Shown: positions 40,267-49,458 of the stretch, in pieces
How the letters are laid out: every line of letters starts with the position of its first letter
How positions within the stretch are numbered: position 1 is the first letter of the stretch
The notes under the pieces: model-generated
Seen by the model: the letters and a program-made list of their open reading frames with translations, nothing else
What the model was told of the DNA's origin: nothing
Databases searched by the model: none
Source of the DNA: Hydrogenophilales bacterium 17-64-11
GTDB lineage: Bacteria > Pseudomonadota > Gammaproteobacteria > Burkholderiales > Thiobacillaceae
Direction: 5' to 3'
DNA: 64,000 nucleotides
Assembly (NCBI GenBank): GCA_002281975.1
Contig: NCIH01000007.1
Location: forward strand, 19,435-83,434
Program-made: the position numbers and the translations under genes

Positions 40267-41049
40267 TCAGGGACGTTTTGCGAAGGATGCGAAACGTCCC
40301 TGCGTGTGTGGATGAAGCTGCGCGAGACGGCGGTAGCCGCCGCGCATCAAGGTCTGGCCCCGCCGCACCAGGCGGCGCACGCGGGCACGCAGCGCGCCGT
40401 CGGCGTGCCAGTCCTTGGCGACCGCCGCAGTGCCGAACAGCACGTCAGCCACGGCGCGCAGGGATGCACCGGCCAGCGTGCCGTCGAGCGCCTGCAAGGT
40501 GCGCAGTTCCAACAGCGCGGTCGTCGAAGGGCGTGCCCCGGCCAGTGCCGTCGGCGCGACCGCCACCAGTTTGTCCAGTTCTCCCACCAGTGCGCGGCAA
40601 CGGGAACAGGGATCAGGCGATGCACGCATGGCATAGGCGTAGGCCATGCCATCCGCCAGATCGGACGCGAAGGCCAGGCGCAGACAGCAGCCGGCCCAGC
40701 GGGTGGCGAGCACCAGCCGCCGCCCGTCGTGGATCAGTTGCTTGCGGCCCGGCAGATGCCAGAACGCAAAGCGTGCGGCATCGGGCGGCGGGTCCGCATC
40801 GGGATAGAGCTGCACCACGCTGTCGTGATCGGGGAACCAGGCCGGGTGCGCGTCGCGCGCATCCAGGGCCGGGTCTTCCAGCAGGCGCAGGCCCCAGTGC
40901 TGCGCCGCTCCGGGATGACGGCGACGGCGCAGCCAGTCGCGCCGGTAGTCGGGGTGGCGGCGCAGGTATTCCCACGCCAACGCGGGGCCGTCCAGGTGCA
41001 GGACGTAAAGGTAAGCGGCACCGGGGTGCCAGTGATCGGACTCTGCCAT
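40267..41049 (-). CDS. DUF2285 domain protein
   Basis: LAWEYLRRHPDY, LQALDG..AGASLR, LMRGGYR. Confidence 0.85.
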   Translation of the reverse strand: MAESDHWHPGAAYLYVLHLDGPALAWEYLRRHPDYRRDWLRRRRHPGAAQHWGLRLLEDPALDARDAHPAWFPDHDSVVQLYPDADPPPDAARFAFWHLPGRKQLIHDGRRLVLATRWAGCCLRLAFASDLADGMAYAYAMRASPDPCSRCRALVGELDKLVAVAPTALAGARPSTTALLELRTLQALDGTLAGASLRAVADVLFGTAAVAKDWHADGALRARVRRLVRRGQTLMRGGYRRLAQLHPHTQGRFASFAKRP

Positions 41050-41405
41050 GACGCAGCCTCCTGTCGGACAGCAGGGCTCGTCGCCACGGGCGTCAGGGGG
41101 AGCTACGGCTTCATCGGCGTATCGTCACGGGTACTCGCTAAACTGGCGGTGTCAAGACCGATTGGCTCCAGGGCATTGCACAGGTCGTCCGAATGCGACG
41201 GCTGCGCGAACGATGATGGTGCGCAGCAATGGACACGGTGCCGCAAGCCGCGTCGGGAATCAGGACTGTTTTGGTCATGCACGCACTTCGCCGGTGCATG
41301 AGTGCCGATTGATGCGTGGGCGGTCTGAACTCAGACCGAAATAGACACAGTGCGCCGCGCTTGGCGGCACTGTGCTGACCCACGATCGCGGGCCAGCGGG
41401 GCCGG

Positions 41406-41753
41406 TCAGTCGATGATCGACCCGTTGCGCTGTGCCAGCCGCGTGTACTCCGATAGCGTGCGCGTGGCGACGAAGTACAGATCGCGTTCGACGGGCAGCT
41501 TCAGCGGCCCAACGATCGACGCCAGCTCGGACAGCCGCACGGTGCCTTCCTCCGGCATACCCAGGCCCAGGTCGCACAGGCCGAAGGCGGTGTCGCCATC
41601 CTCGGGATCGAGTTCGGTCAGCAGCCAGGTCGCGTGCGCGTCCGGGGTGAACAGCTTGACCACCGGCAGCGGGTCGATGCCCGCGCCTTCGGCGCGTGCG
41701 CGGCCGTTGGCGAGCAGTTGCGCGCGTTGTTCGTCGGTAATGAGTGTCTTCAT
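41406..41753 (-). CDS. DUF2958 family protein
   Basis: PVVKLFTPDAHATWLLTELDP, FGLCDLGLG, ERDLYF. Confidence 0.88.
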   Translation of the reverse strand: MKTLITDEQRAQLLANGRARAEGAGIDPLPVVKLFTPDAHATWLLTELDPEDGDTAFGLCDLGLGMPEEGTVRLSELASIVGPLKLPVERDLYFVATRTLSEYTRLAQRNGSIID

Positions 41754-41771
41754 GGTCGCTTCCTCTTGAAG

Positions 41772-41914
41772 GGTTCGCTCCACGGCGGAGCGAGGCGACA
41801 CAGGGCGCACGCGGCCAGCGCGGCCGTCATACCCCAACACGGTTCGGTGCGGGCCGGGGTTGACGGCAAGCGGCGTGCGCCAGGCTCGCGTGCTTGTTCG
41901 CTGTGGGGAGAACC
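41772..41914. promoter_or_regulatory. Long imperfect inverted repeat with TTGACG (candidate ssDNA promoter)
   Basis: GGCGCACGC/GCGTGCGCC, GCCGTCA/TGACGGC, GGTTC/GAACC arms. Confidence 0.5.
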
Positions 41915-42222
41915 GGGGAAGCGGTACTGATCCGCACGAAGCCGACGAAGCACGCATGTGCTTGCACGCCAATCCGCAAAGCCGGATTTGCGGAAGTACG
42001 AAAAGCCTCGGAGCAGGCGAAGCGGATTTGCAGAAGCTCACGGAACCGTACTCGCGGCAATCACCGAATCCACGGAAGCACGAAGGCGGCAATCCGCCTT
42101 TGCGCATCCACCCAAAGCCGGCCGAGCGGGCCAGCAGCAAGTGCTCGAATCGTAGGGCAAAAGCGAGGAAAGAGTTATCTTTAACGTGGTTTTAATTGTG
42201 CCGTGAATCGACGCTTCTATGC

Positions 42223-42513
42223 ATGCAGAAGCGTCCAATCCAGCGCGGCCGGCCAACCGGCGCCACCACCTTCGAGGCCGAGCCGGCACGGGCTTTCGGC
42301 GAGGCGGTGCGTGCGCTGCGCACGGAGCATGGCGTGGCGCAGGAGGCGCTGGCGCATCTGGCCGGCGTCGAGCGCTCGCACATGGGCAAGGTGGAGCGTG
42401 GTGAGCATATGCCGACGCTTGCGCTCATCCTCAAGATCGCGCGAGCGCTCGGGTGCAGTTCGGCCGAGCTGATGGCGGAGACGGAACGCCGCCTGGCGGC
42501 GTCGGAGTCGTAG
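42223..42513 (+). CDS. XRE family HTH regulator
   Basis: FGEAVRALR..QEALAHLAGVERSHMGKVERGE. Confidence 0.88.
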   Translation: MQKRPIQRGRPTGATTFEAEPARAFGEAVRALRTEHGVAQEALAHLAGVERSHMGKVERGEHMPTLALILKIARALGCSSAELMAETERRLAASES

Positions 42514-42521
42514 TGCGAGAA

Positions 42522-42544
42522 GCGCCCCGCCACGGTGGGCGGGG
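42522..42544. repeat. 23-bp hairpin/direct repeat, left flank of the GTPase-nuclease cassette
   Basis: GCGCCCCGCCACGGTGGGCGGGG; 22/23 identical to 45951-45973. Confidence 0.8.
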
Positions 42545-42551
42545 GCGATGC

Positions 42552-43661
42552 TCAATCGGCCTTGCTACTGCCACCCGACCTGGCTGACTTTCTTCCGCGC
42601 TGTGCAGGCACTCCGGTGTCCCAAAGGCCATGTGCTCGCAGCAACTGCGCGGTTGCCACGCCGTCCATAATCACGTAGCGGCAAGGGGCTGTAAATGAGC
42701 GATGTAGGGCGTAAGCCTCCACGGTCTTGCGCACGGCCGCGCCGACGTTGTGGCAGTGCTGAACGATATAGACCTGCGCGGGAGTATTGAAGAGGCGATA
42801 AATCTGGTCGGCGTTCTTACCCAGGTCGCGCGGCGTCATCGGATGGAATTTGGCCGGCCCTTTGAGCAGAAAGGCGCCGGTCTTGCGTTCGCCGTCGATC
42901 AAGAGCCGGTCAGAGAACAAATCGCTCTCTTCTCCGCCCCAATCCTTGGGAACATCGTGCTCATTGAGCAGATGACAGATCAACTCCTTGATCTTGTGCT
43001 CGGGAATATCAGCAAGACGGGCAAACTCGGTCTTGGAAGGAATCCATGTTCTATCCATGCCTGCAAACTGCTCAATGTCGTTGGGCTGCAACTCCAAGGT
43101 TGAGGCGAAAGGCAACGGCATCGACGACTGACCGCTGACCAGATCCCCGATTGCATAGGGAATCGCACGGATGGTATCTGCGGTGACGTCGGCGATGTAG
43201 GCGAAGGCGAAGAGCCGAGTCGATCCCGCCATGCGGGTGTAGGCCGTGTCGTTTACAAGGCCGTTCTTCGAGAATTCGAGGACGAGCTTCTTTCCCTCCA
43301 TTGGCTCGTCGAGTTTCTCGGTCAACGTCAACGCCGATTTCTTGTTGGCGTAGCCGAAGCCTTTGCCATAAAAATGTCCGTTGTAGATGAAGGGAGTGCC
43401 AGGCTGAATCGCGTTCTCGACCGCAAGCTGTTGCAGGGTCTTGATACCACCCGATGCAATCGCATCCAGCACGTAGCTGCCGACAGCGCTGCCGAGTATG
43501 GCTGAGGTCATGGGTACGTCCTTGCCTTGCAACGTATGGAGGACGTGGGGCGGCAGCCCCTCCGTATTGACCAAAGAGAGAATGCGGTCGCGGCTGAGGT
43601 AGAACGCCATCAGCTTGGCCGTTGCAGAAGCGCGTATGCTGGTCGCTGGAGTGCTATTCAT
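42552..43661 (-). CDS. Hypothetical protein with C-terminal Mrr-like PD-(D/E)XK domain
   Basis: E..IKELI...DWGGEESD...AFLLKG...DQI...IMDG..TAQLL resembles the Mrr_cat layout; N-terminal half unassigned. Confidence 0.6.
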   Translation of the reverse strand: MNSTPATSIRASATAKLMAFYLSRDRILSLVNTEGLPPHVLHTLQGKDVPMTSAILGSAVGSYVLDAIASGGIKTLQQLAVENAIQPGTPFIYNGHFYGKGFGYANKKSALTLTEKLDEPMEGKKLVLEFSKNGLVNDTAYTRMAGSTRLFAFAYIADVTADTIRAIPYAIGDLVSGQSSMPLPFASTLELQPNDIEQFAGMDRTWIPSKTEFARLADIPEHKIKELICHLLNEHDVPKDWGGEESDLFSDRLLIDGERKTGAFLLKGPAKFHPMTPRDLGKNADQIYRLFNTPAQVYIVQHCHNVGAAVRKTVEAYALHRSFTAPCRYVIMDGVATAQLLRAHGLWDTGVPAQRGRKSARSGGSSKAD

Positions 43662-43677
43662 CTTGGCAGCGACCTTC

Positions 43678-45816
43678 TCAGTCTTGCGCTAGCAGATGGC
43701 GAACGGTCGCAACCGCTTCATGCCAACTGTCCGTGACCAGTTGCATCACGCGAGCATCGGCTCCTCCTTCGTTCTTCTCTTCAAACCAGCTTTGGTTGTG
43801 ATTGTTGATGCGATCACGATAGCCCGAACCTCTTCCCCATTCGCTGTAGCACGTCTTCCAGAAGTTGGCGTCAGCGGTCATTTCATCCGAATGAATGCTT
43901 TGTCCAACCAGTTGGGCCTTTCGGACAAGCGCATCGAAGCCGGCCTCCATCGTTCTGACTGTTTGATGGATGAGGTCGTGGGCATCACTGAACTGGTCGT
44001 CTTGCAGCAGGTTCTCGGCGATCTCCTTGAACTTCTGCAACTTCGGTTCGGCAATACCGGCAGCGATGCGCCGGGCACCGTGACTGAGTTGGTGGGCATA
44101 GTTAAGATTCCACCAATCGCCGTCTCTTACGATGGCGGCATAGACGGTGCGCGGGTGTGCGGTGCCCACAGCCGCCACCAGACTGTCGTGGACATGCCGC
44201 TTGGTTTGTGCCGGAATTGCTTCGTTGTTGTCCAACCAGATCGTCAGACGACGCGCTGCGGCCGCCATCGCCTCCCGAGCCTGGTCTTTTTCGTAGTTCT
44301 CAAGCATGGATTTGGCGCCGGCGATGATTTCGCGCAACCCATTGCGCTGCCACTCCTGCACGGCGGTGATGCGGGCACGGATGAAGTTCCGCAGTTGCTC
44401 AGGCGCATCCTCCGCGGCATTGAAGAACATGACAGGCAAGTGGTCGAGCCCCATAGGTTGCAGCTTCAACTGCACTTCTTCGCCCTTGACTTCATAGCCT
44501 TCTTCGGCCGACTGCACGGGGAAACCATTGTCCTTAACAGCGAGTGCTTCACTGGGGCGCGGCAGCGCAAGGATGGCTGCGTGACTATCCAGTGTCCGAA
44601 CCCCTCCTTCCCGAGCGCGGGTCAGCAATTGCCGCACGGCAGTAGCTGGCGCTTCATTGAACACGGTGCATAACACGACCACGGTATGCGTGTCATCAAA
44701 ATGAACTTCAAGATCGCCGCGTTCAGCGATGTCGTCGATGCCTTGCGTGTCGATCAGTGTGACCGAAACCGATTCATCGCCCAGGATCGCGACAGGCACG
44801 ACCAACTCGATCCGGCGCGGCAAAGTGAATTCCTCGCTGCGGCCGTTGTTGACGCGCTCGAAGATTTCCTGCAACCAATCGAGCGGCGGCTTGCCCAGGG
44901 TGTCGTCGTGCCAGATGTCGCGCCGATCGCGCTTGTGCAACTCCATGCGAGACAGGATTTCCACAGACAGCGACTTGGCATCGGTGAACCGCGCAGCCAG
45001 CTCACGGGCTTCATCGACCGCAGGAATGACGGAGCCGTCCGAGCGTTTTTCGCTGCGGCGACGTCGAAGCCCGGTCATATTCCGCAAGGCACGCTCGACC
45101 TCACGGGAGATTCCCGGCGACGCGCCGCCTTCGCCGTCATCATTCACTGAACGCGACGCTTGTGGAGGATTCACAAGAAAGTTCGCGAAATCAGCAACGT
45201 GCCGCCGTACTTCATCTTCGGTGCACGGCTCCACGATAAGCCCATATCCAGGACCGCGCCGTACATGCACTTCACAGATAGTTATGCCGCCAGCGCCGGT
45301 TTCCAGGACAGCTTTTGGCATTCCCTTGCTGCCCGGAATTTCAAGACCTTCCGCGCGGCAAATCGCAGTGGACTTGCCCACCGCAATGGTTCCTATGAAG
45401 GCCGCCTGGTAGCGCTTGTCCGCCACGCTCGCCGCTTTGGCGAGCAATTCTTCCTGATAGCGAACCAGACGGCGCTCGTAGAACTGTTTCACATCGGGGC
45501 GCTCGGCAAGCGCATGCACCTGTTGCGCCGTCTGTTCCGCTTCCCACAGCAGGTCGGCATCCGGATCGCCGAGGGTCGGCTCCGGGATCATCTGCCACTG
45601 GCGCTCCAGTATCTCCCGCAGCTTCAGCGCGTCAGCCGTGCCGATGCCATCGAGCACGGTCTGAAGTTCCTCCGGCGCCAACGGTCGGTCGCCGTTCTCG
45701 ACGCGGGATAGCACTGCGGCGCTCCAGGTGAGTTTCTTTGCCAGTTCGTTCTGCTTGAGCCCTGCTTCATCGCGCAGGGCAGCAATGCGCTTACCAATCG
45801 CCGCGTCTCTGTTCAT
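43678..45816 (-). CDS. XRE-HTH fused to dynamin-like GTPase
   Basis: N-term IGKRIAALRDEAGLKQNELA..LSRVENGDR; G1 GTIAVGKST, G2-like ITICEV, G3 DTQG; helical C-terminus; GGAGG RBS. Confidence 0.75.
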   Translation of the reverse strand: MNRDAAIGKRIAALRDEAGLKQNELAKKLTWSAAVLSRVENGDRPLAPEELQTVLDGIGTADALKLREILERQWQMIPEPTLGDPDADLLWEAEQTAQQVHALAERPDVKQFYERRLVRYQEELLAKAASVADKRYQAAFIGTIAVGKSTAICRAEGLEIPGSKGMPKAVLETGAGGITICEVHVRRGPGYGLIVEPCTEDEVRRHVADFANFLVNPPQASRSVNDDGEGGASPGISREVERALRNMTGLRRRRSEKRSDGSVIPAVDEARELAARFTDAKSLSVEILSRMELHKRDRRDIWHDDTLGKPPLDWLQEIFERVNNGRSEEFTLPRRIELVVPVAILGDESVSVTLIDTQGIDDIAERGDLEVHFDDTHTVVVLCTVFNEAPATAVRQLLTRAREGGVRTLDSHAAILALPRPSEALAVKDNGFPVQSAEEGYEVKGEEVQLKLQPMGLDHLPVMFFNAAEDAPEQLRNFIRARITAVQEWQRNGLREIIAGAKSMLENYEKDQAREAMAAAARRLTIWLDNNEAIPAQTKRHVHDSLVAAVGTAHPRTVYAAIVRDGDWWNLNYAHQLSHGARRIAAGIAEPKLQKFKEIAENLLQDDQFSDAHDLIHQTVRTMEAGFDALVRKAQLVGQSIHSDEMTADANFWKTCYSEWGRGSGYRDRINNHNQSWFEEKNEGGADARVMQLVTDSWHEAVATVRHLLAQD

Positions 45817-45839
45817 CGTTGCCTCCAGAATTTATGGAA

Positions 45840-45868
45840 ACGATACAGAAACGTTTCTGTAACGTCAA
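45840..45868 (-). promoter_or_regulatory. Sigma70 promoter with 18-bp palindromic operator
   Basis: Minus strand TTGACG-17 nt-TATCGT; TACAGAAACGTTTCTGTA at 45844-45861. Confidence 0.75.
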
Positions 45869-45950
45869 TAGTAACGTTTCAGGAAGCCATGCGCCACTCC
45901 CGGACGCTAGCCGACACGGGCAATACTGGCGCTTGTGCTCTCGGAGTGAG

Positions 45951-45973
45951 GCGCCCCGCCACGATGGGCGGGG
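45951..45973. repeat. 23-bp hairpin/direct repeat, right flank of the cassette
   Basis: GCGCCCCGCCACGATGGGCGGGG just after the DUF736 stop. Confidence 0.8.
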
Positions 45974-45987
45974 CGCCGGGGCGGCCG

Positions 45988-46299
45988 TCAGGCCGCCGGC
46001 TTGCTGCGCGACCAGATCAGGTTGTGCGAGCCGTCTTCTTCTTCGATCAGGCGGGCGTAGATGGTCGCCGGGAACGACGGATCATCCAGTGTCACCGACA
46101 GGTAGGGCCGCTCGGCCTGGCTGACTTTCTTCCATGCCGCGCCGATGTCGTAGCCGCCCGCCGCCTGGATGCGGAAATCGGGGGCGTTCTCGCTGCCTTT
46201 GTCGTTGGGGACGAACTTGACCTTGACGTTGAGTGTCAGGGTGCGGACCGTGCCGGTGAAGCCGTCGTTCTGTGCGGTGAATGTGCCGATGTTGGCCAT
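45988..46299 (-). CDS. DUF736 family protein
   Basis: MANIGTF..GTVRTLTL, APDFRI, IGAAW, YLSVTLDDPSF. Confidence 0.92.
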   Translation of the reverse strand: MANIGTFTAQNDGFTGTVRTLTLNVKVKFVPNDKGSENAPDFRIQAAGGYDIGAAWKKVSQAERPYLSVTLDDPSFPATIYARLIEEEDGSHNLIWSRSKPAA

Positions 46300-46881
46300 G
46301 ATGTTTGCTCCTTTCGGGTTGCCAAGGTCGCGCCCATCGCGTCCTTGTTGTGATCCGGTCGGCGGGGGACGGGCTGGCTGCATCGCGCAGCGGCCGCAAC
46401 AGCGTGGAGGACCGGGAGGCGCAAAGAATTTGTCCCGCGAGGAATGCGCGCAGCGCAGGGGAAATTGTTTGCGCCGGACGGTTGCAGCCATGAAGCCCGA
46501 TGCGCAGCCGTGCTCCCGCCAGGATTCACAACGAACCAAGGACGCAACGGGCCGAACTGACCCGAATGGAGCGATGGCCAGCTCGGCGCTCCGCATGAAG
46601 GCGTTGATGGCACGCGCCCGAATGCTGGCAAGGTCTGGCCCACAGCGACAGGCGGAATGCCCACCGCATCCAGCGGCGGACGGTTTGAGGCGTGGTGTGG
46701 ATGCGTCATGGCAAGGCCGTGGGGCATGTCGGTGAACAGGCCGGCGTGACGGCCCGGACAGCCCACCATCAGCGTCGAGGACGGCACGTTTTCGCACAAC
46801 CGGGCGCAGCAAGGTGCAGCGTGCTCCGGCGCACTGCCCACCGTGGCGGGATGCGGGCGTCACTGACTACAACTGGAGCGG

Positions 46882-46908
46882 TGCACCACCTTGGTGTAAA
46901 GTGGTGCA
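46882..46908. promoter_or_regulatory. Inverted-repeat operator upstream of the RHH gene
   Basis: TGCACCAC-N11-GTGGTGCA overlapping a -10-like TAAAGT (46897). Confidence 0.6.
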
Positions 46909-46934
46909 TCATCTGATTCGAAAGTGTTTAGGTC

Positions 46935-47135
46935 ATGCCTGCAACAAAGCCGATTGCAACCTCAAAGCCCAAGCGTGATCCGGCTCCGAGGGCGTCCGTG
47001 ACATTCCCGCCCGAACTCTACGAAATGCTGGAAGCCATCGCCCGGAGCAAGAAGGTCTCCGTAGCATGGGTCGTTCGCGACGCAGCAGAGAAGTACGTCG
47101 CTGAACAGTGGCCACTTCTGGAGAAACAGCAATGA
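46935..47135 (+). CDS. Ribbon-helix-helix (CopG-like) regulator
   Basis: RASVTFPPELYEMLEAIARSKKVSVAWVVRDAAEKY. Confidence 0.85.
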   Translation: MPATKPIATSKPKRDPAPRASVTFPPELYEMLEAIARSKKVSVAWVVRDAAEKYVAEQWPLLEKQQ

Positions 47136-47265
47136 ACGCAGTGCTTGCTGTGAGGCCGGTCAAGTGGCAGGCCACGACGACCTTGGAACCCATAACCTCC
47201 CGGACTGAGACCAATTCGCGGGACACCGCGCGGTGGAAGCGTCACGGACATGAAAGGGGTGGACC

Positions 47266-49458
47266 TTGCCGATTGTCCTGAACGCATTTCCGCTGAAAGT
47301 CCCCGAGTTGGAGCTTGAAGTCCGCCAGATTCCCTACGACAAGGAAACCCTGGATGGCCTTCGCGCCGCTCATAAAGCGACGCACGCCTTTCGCCGGCAG
47401 GGCGACAACATCCTGATCTTCTCGGGGGACGGCACGTTCCCGGCATCTGGCACGCCGCAGACGATCGCGCTCAAGGACAACTTCGGCGTCTTCTATTCGC
47501 TGGTCAAGGACGGACTGATCCGCCATCTCGCTGGGCTGGGCCGCAACCCATCCGGCTTCAATCCCATCGAACTGGTGAGCGCCAAGCCGGAAGACAATCT
47601 TCTGGTTCCGATTCTTGGAGACGCTTACCCCTTTAAGGTTTGCGCCAAATACTCAATCGACACCCGCACTGTCCTGGGCCATCCATGCCTCGTTATTGAT
47701 TGCACAACGCGCCGCGTGCTCAAAGAGAACGGCCTGTTCTTCCTGAATGCCGGGTTCGATCTTGCGGGCCGCTACGTTGTCACCGAGCAGGACGACGGAT
47801 ACAGAAAGCTTCTGGGGTCGGTGAGCGGCTGCAAGGGTGAAACGCTCTATGTCACGCGGCCCGACGGTCAGGTCGTTCAAGCCGAGGCGAAAAACGTTTA
47901 TCTGGAGGCCAGCCGGACGAACTTCGATGACTACATTCTGCATACGCACCGCGCGCAGAAAGACGCCATCGTCGAGCGTATCCGGCAATCCGTTTCCGTA
48001 TTCAATGGAGGCGAGAACAAGAAGGCCCGCATCGACACGCTCAAGAAGTACATCCAGTCGAAGACCATCCCGCTGATCGACGGAACGCGCATCGAGATCC
48101 AGGATTCACCCAATATCCAGAAGGATTGTGGGCAGATGCAGAAGCCGGTGTTCGTCTTCAACGACAACGGCGAAGCGGATTGGGCCGAGAAAGGTCTGAC
48201 ACAGAGCGGCCCCTATACGAAGCGCACCTTCGATAGGAACGATCCGTCGATCTGCGTGATCTGCGCCCAGCACGACAAGGGGCGCGTCGAGCAATTCGTT
48301 CGCAAGCTACTGAAAGGCATCCCGAACAGCAAGTATTTCAGCAACGGCCTTGAAGGCAAGTTCACGCTCGGAACCAGCCGCGTTGAAGTGTTCGCGACAG
48401 CCACCGACAGCGTGGATGCGTACAAGAACGCCATCGAGGCTGCGATCCGGAAGAAAGCGGATGACGGCGGGCGCTGGGACCTGGCCCTCGTGCAGGTCCG
48501 GCAGTCCTTCAAGAAGCTCAAGGTCACGGAGAATCCGTACTATCTCGGCAAGAGCCTTTTCTTCCTGCATCAGGTTCCCGTACAGGATTTCACGATAGAG
48601 CTTCTTGCGCAGTCCGACTATTCGCTCGGGTACTCGCTCAACAATATGGCGCTGGCTTGCTACGCGAAGATGGGCGGCGTCCCTTGGCTTCTCAAATCCT
48701 CACCGACTCTCTCGCACGAACTCGTGATCGGCATCGGCAGCGCGAATATCGGACAGGAGCGTGGCGCTGACAATCAGCGGATCATGGGCATCACCACCGT
48801 CTTCTCCGGAGACGGCAGCTACATCGTCTCGAATACTTCGAAGGCGGTCGTGCCGGAAGCCTACTGCGAAGCGCTGACCGCCGTGCTCGGAGAGACGATA
48901 GAGAAGATTCAGAAGCGGATGAACTGGCAGAAAGGCGACACGATCCGCCTGATCTTTCATGCGCAGGTCAAGAAGTTCAACAAGGAAGAGATCGAAGCCG
49001 TCCGCGCCGTAATCGAAAAGTACCGTGAGTATCAGATCGAGTACACCTTCCTGAAAATCTCGGAGAATCATGGTCTGCATATGTTCGACTCCGCGACGGC
49101 CGGCGTGCAGAAGGGACGACTGGCTCCGCCGCGCGGGAAGACGTTCAAGCTTTCCAAGCACGAAATGCTTGTCTACCTGATCGGCCAGCGCGAACTGCGG
49201 CAAGACACAGACGGACATCCGCGCGGCGTGATCCTTGATGTTCACAAGGACTCGACCTTCAAGGACATTACGTATCTGAGCGCCCAGCTATACAGCTTCG
49301 CATCGCATTCCTGGCGTAGTTACTTCCCCAATCCGATGCCAGTGACTATCAGCTATTCCGACCTGATCGCCCGGAATCTTGGATGGCTAAATCAGCTTCC
49401 GGGCTGGAACGACTCGGTGATGATCGGGAAGATCGGGCAATCCCAATGGTTCCTGTAG
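47266..49458 (+). CDS. Long-B prokaryotic Argonaute, catalytically inactive PIWI
   Basis: MID pocket PYYLGK..PVQ..YAKMGGVPW; PIWI LVIGIG (no Asp), RLIFHAQ, HSWRS..PVTISYS, C-terminal WFL; 730 aa. Confidence 0.92.
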   Translation: MPIVLNAFPLKVPELELEVRQIPYDKETLDGLRAAHKATHAFRRQGDNILIFSGDGTFPASGTPQTIALKDNFGVFYSLVKDGLIRHLAGLGRNPSGFNPIELVSAKPEDNLLVPILGDAYPFKVCAKYSIDTRTVLGHPCLVIDCTTRRVLKENGLFFLNAGFDLAGRYVVTEQDDGYRKLLGSVSGCKGETLYVTRPDGQVVQAEAKNVYLEASRTNFDDYILHTHRAQKDAIVERIRQSVSVFNGGENKKARIDTLKKYIQSKTIPLIDGTRIEIQDSPNIQKDCGQMQKPVFVFNDNGEADWAEKGLTQSGPYTKRTFDRNDPSICVICAQHDKGRVEQFVRKLLKGIPNSKYFSNGLEGKFTLGTSRVEVFATATDSVDAYKNAIEAAIRKKADDGGRWDLALVQVRQSFKKLKVTENPYYLGKSLFFLHQVPVQDFTIELLAQSDYSLGYSLNNMALACYAKMGGVPWLLKSSPTLSHELVIGIGSANIGQERGADNQRIMGITTVFSGDGSYIVSNTSKAVVPEAYCEALTAVLGETIEKIQKRMNWQKGDTIRLIFHAQVKKFNKEEIEAVRAVIEKYREYQIEYTFLKISENHGLHMFDSATAGVQKGRLAPPRGKTFKLSKHEMLVYLIGQRELRQDTDGHPRGVILDVHKDSTFKDITYLSAQLYSFASHSWRSYFPNPMPVTISYSDLIARNLGWLNQLPGWNDSVMIGKIGQSQWFL

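Noticed and set aside
70-41300. Many long antisense or alternate-frame ORFs (e.g. 626-2077, 3827-5791, 14506-16005, 30986-32851)
   Set aside because: Shadows of recognisable genes in high-GC DNA; no motifs of their own
36751-46818. GGCGCA(A/G)CAAGGTGC at about 36751 and 46803
   Set aside because: Only two short imperfect copies in GC-rich DNA; cannot be separated from chance without an alignment
46300-46860. A fifth hairpin promoter upstream of DUF736
   Set aside because: Local stems exist but I could not find the TTGACG plus complementary-arm pattern seen in the other four
49383-49445. Longer N-terminus for the Ago partner
   Set aside because: It would overlap Ago by 76 nt; ATG 49446 gives a typical short coupling overlap
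47266-49458. Argonaute as an active slicer or short pAgo
   Set aside because: Catalytic Asp positions are substituted, and 730 aa with N-terminal domains excludes a short pAgo
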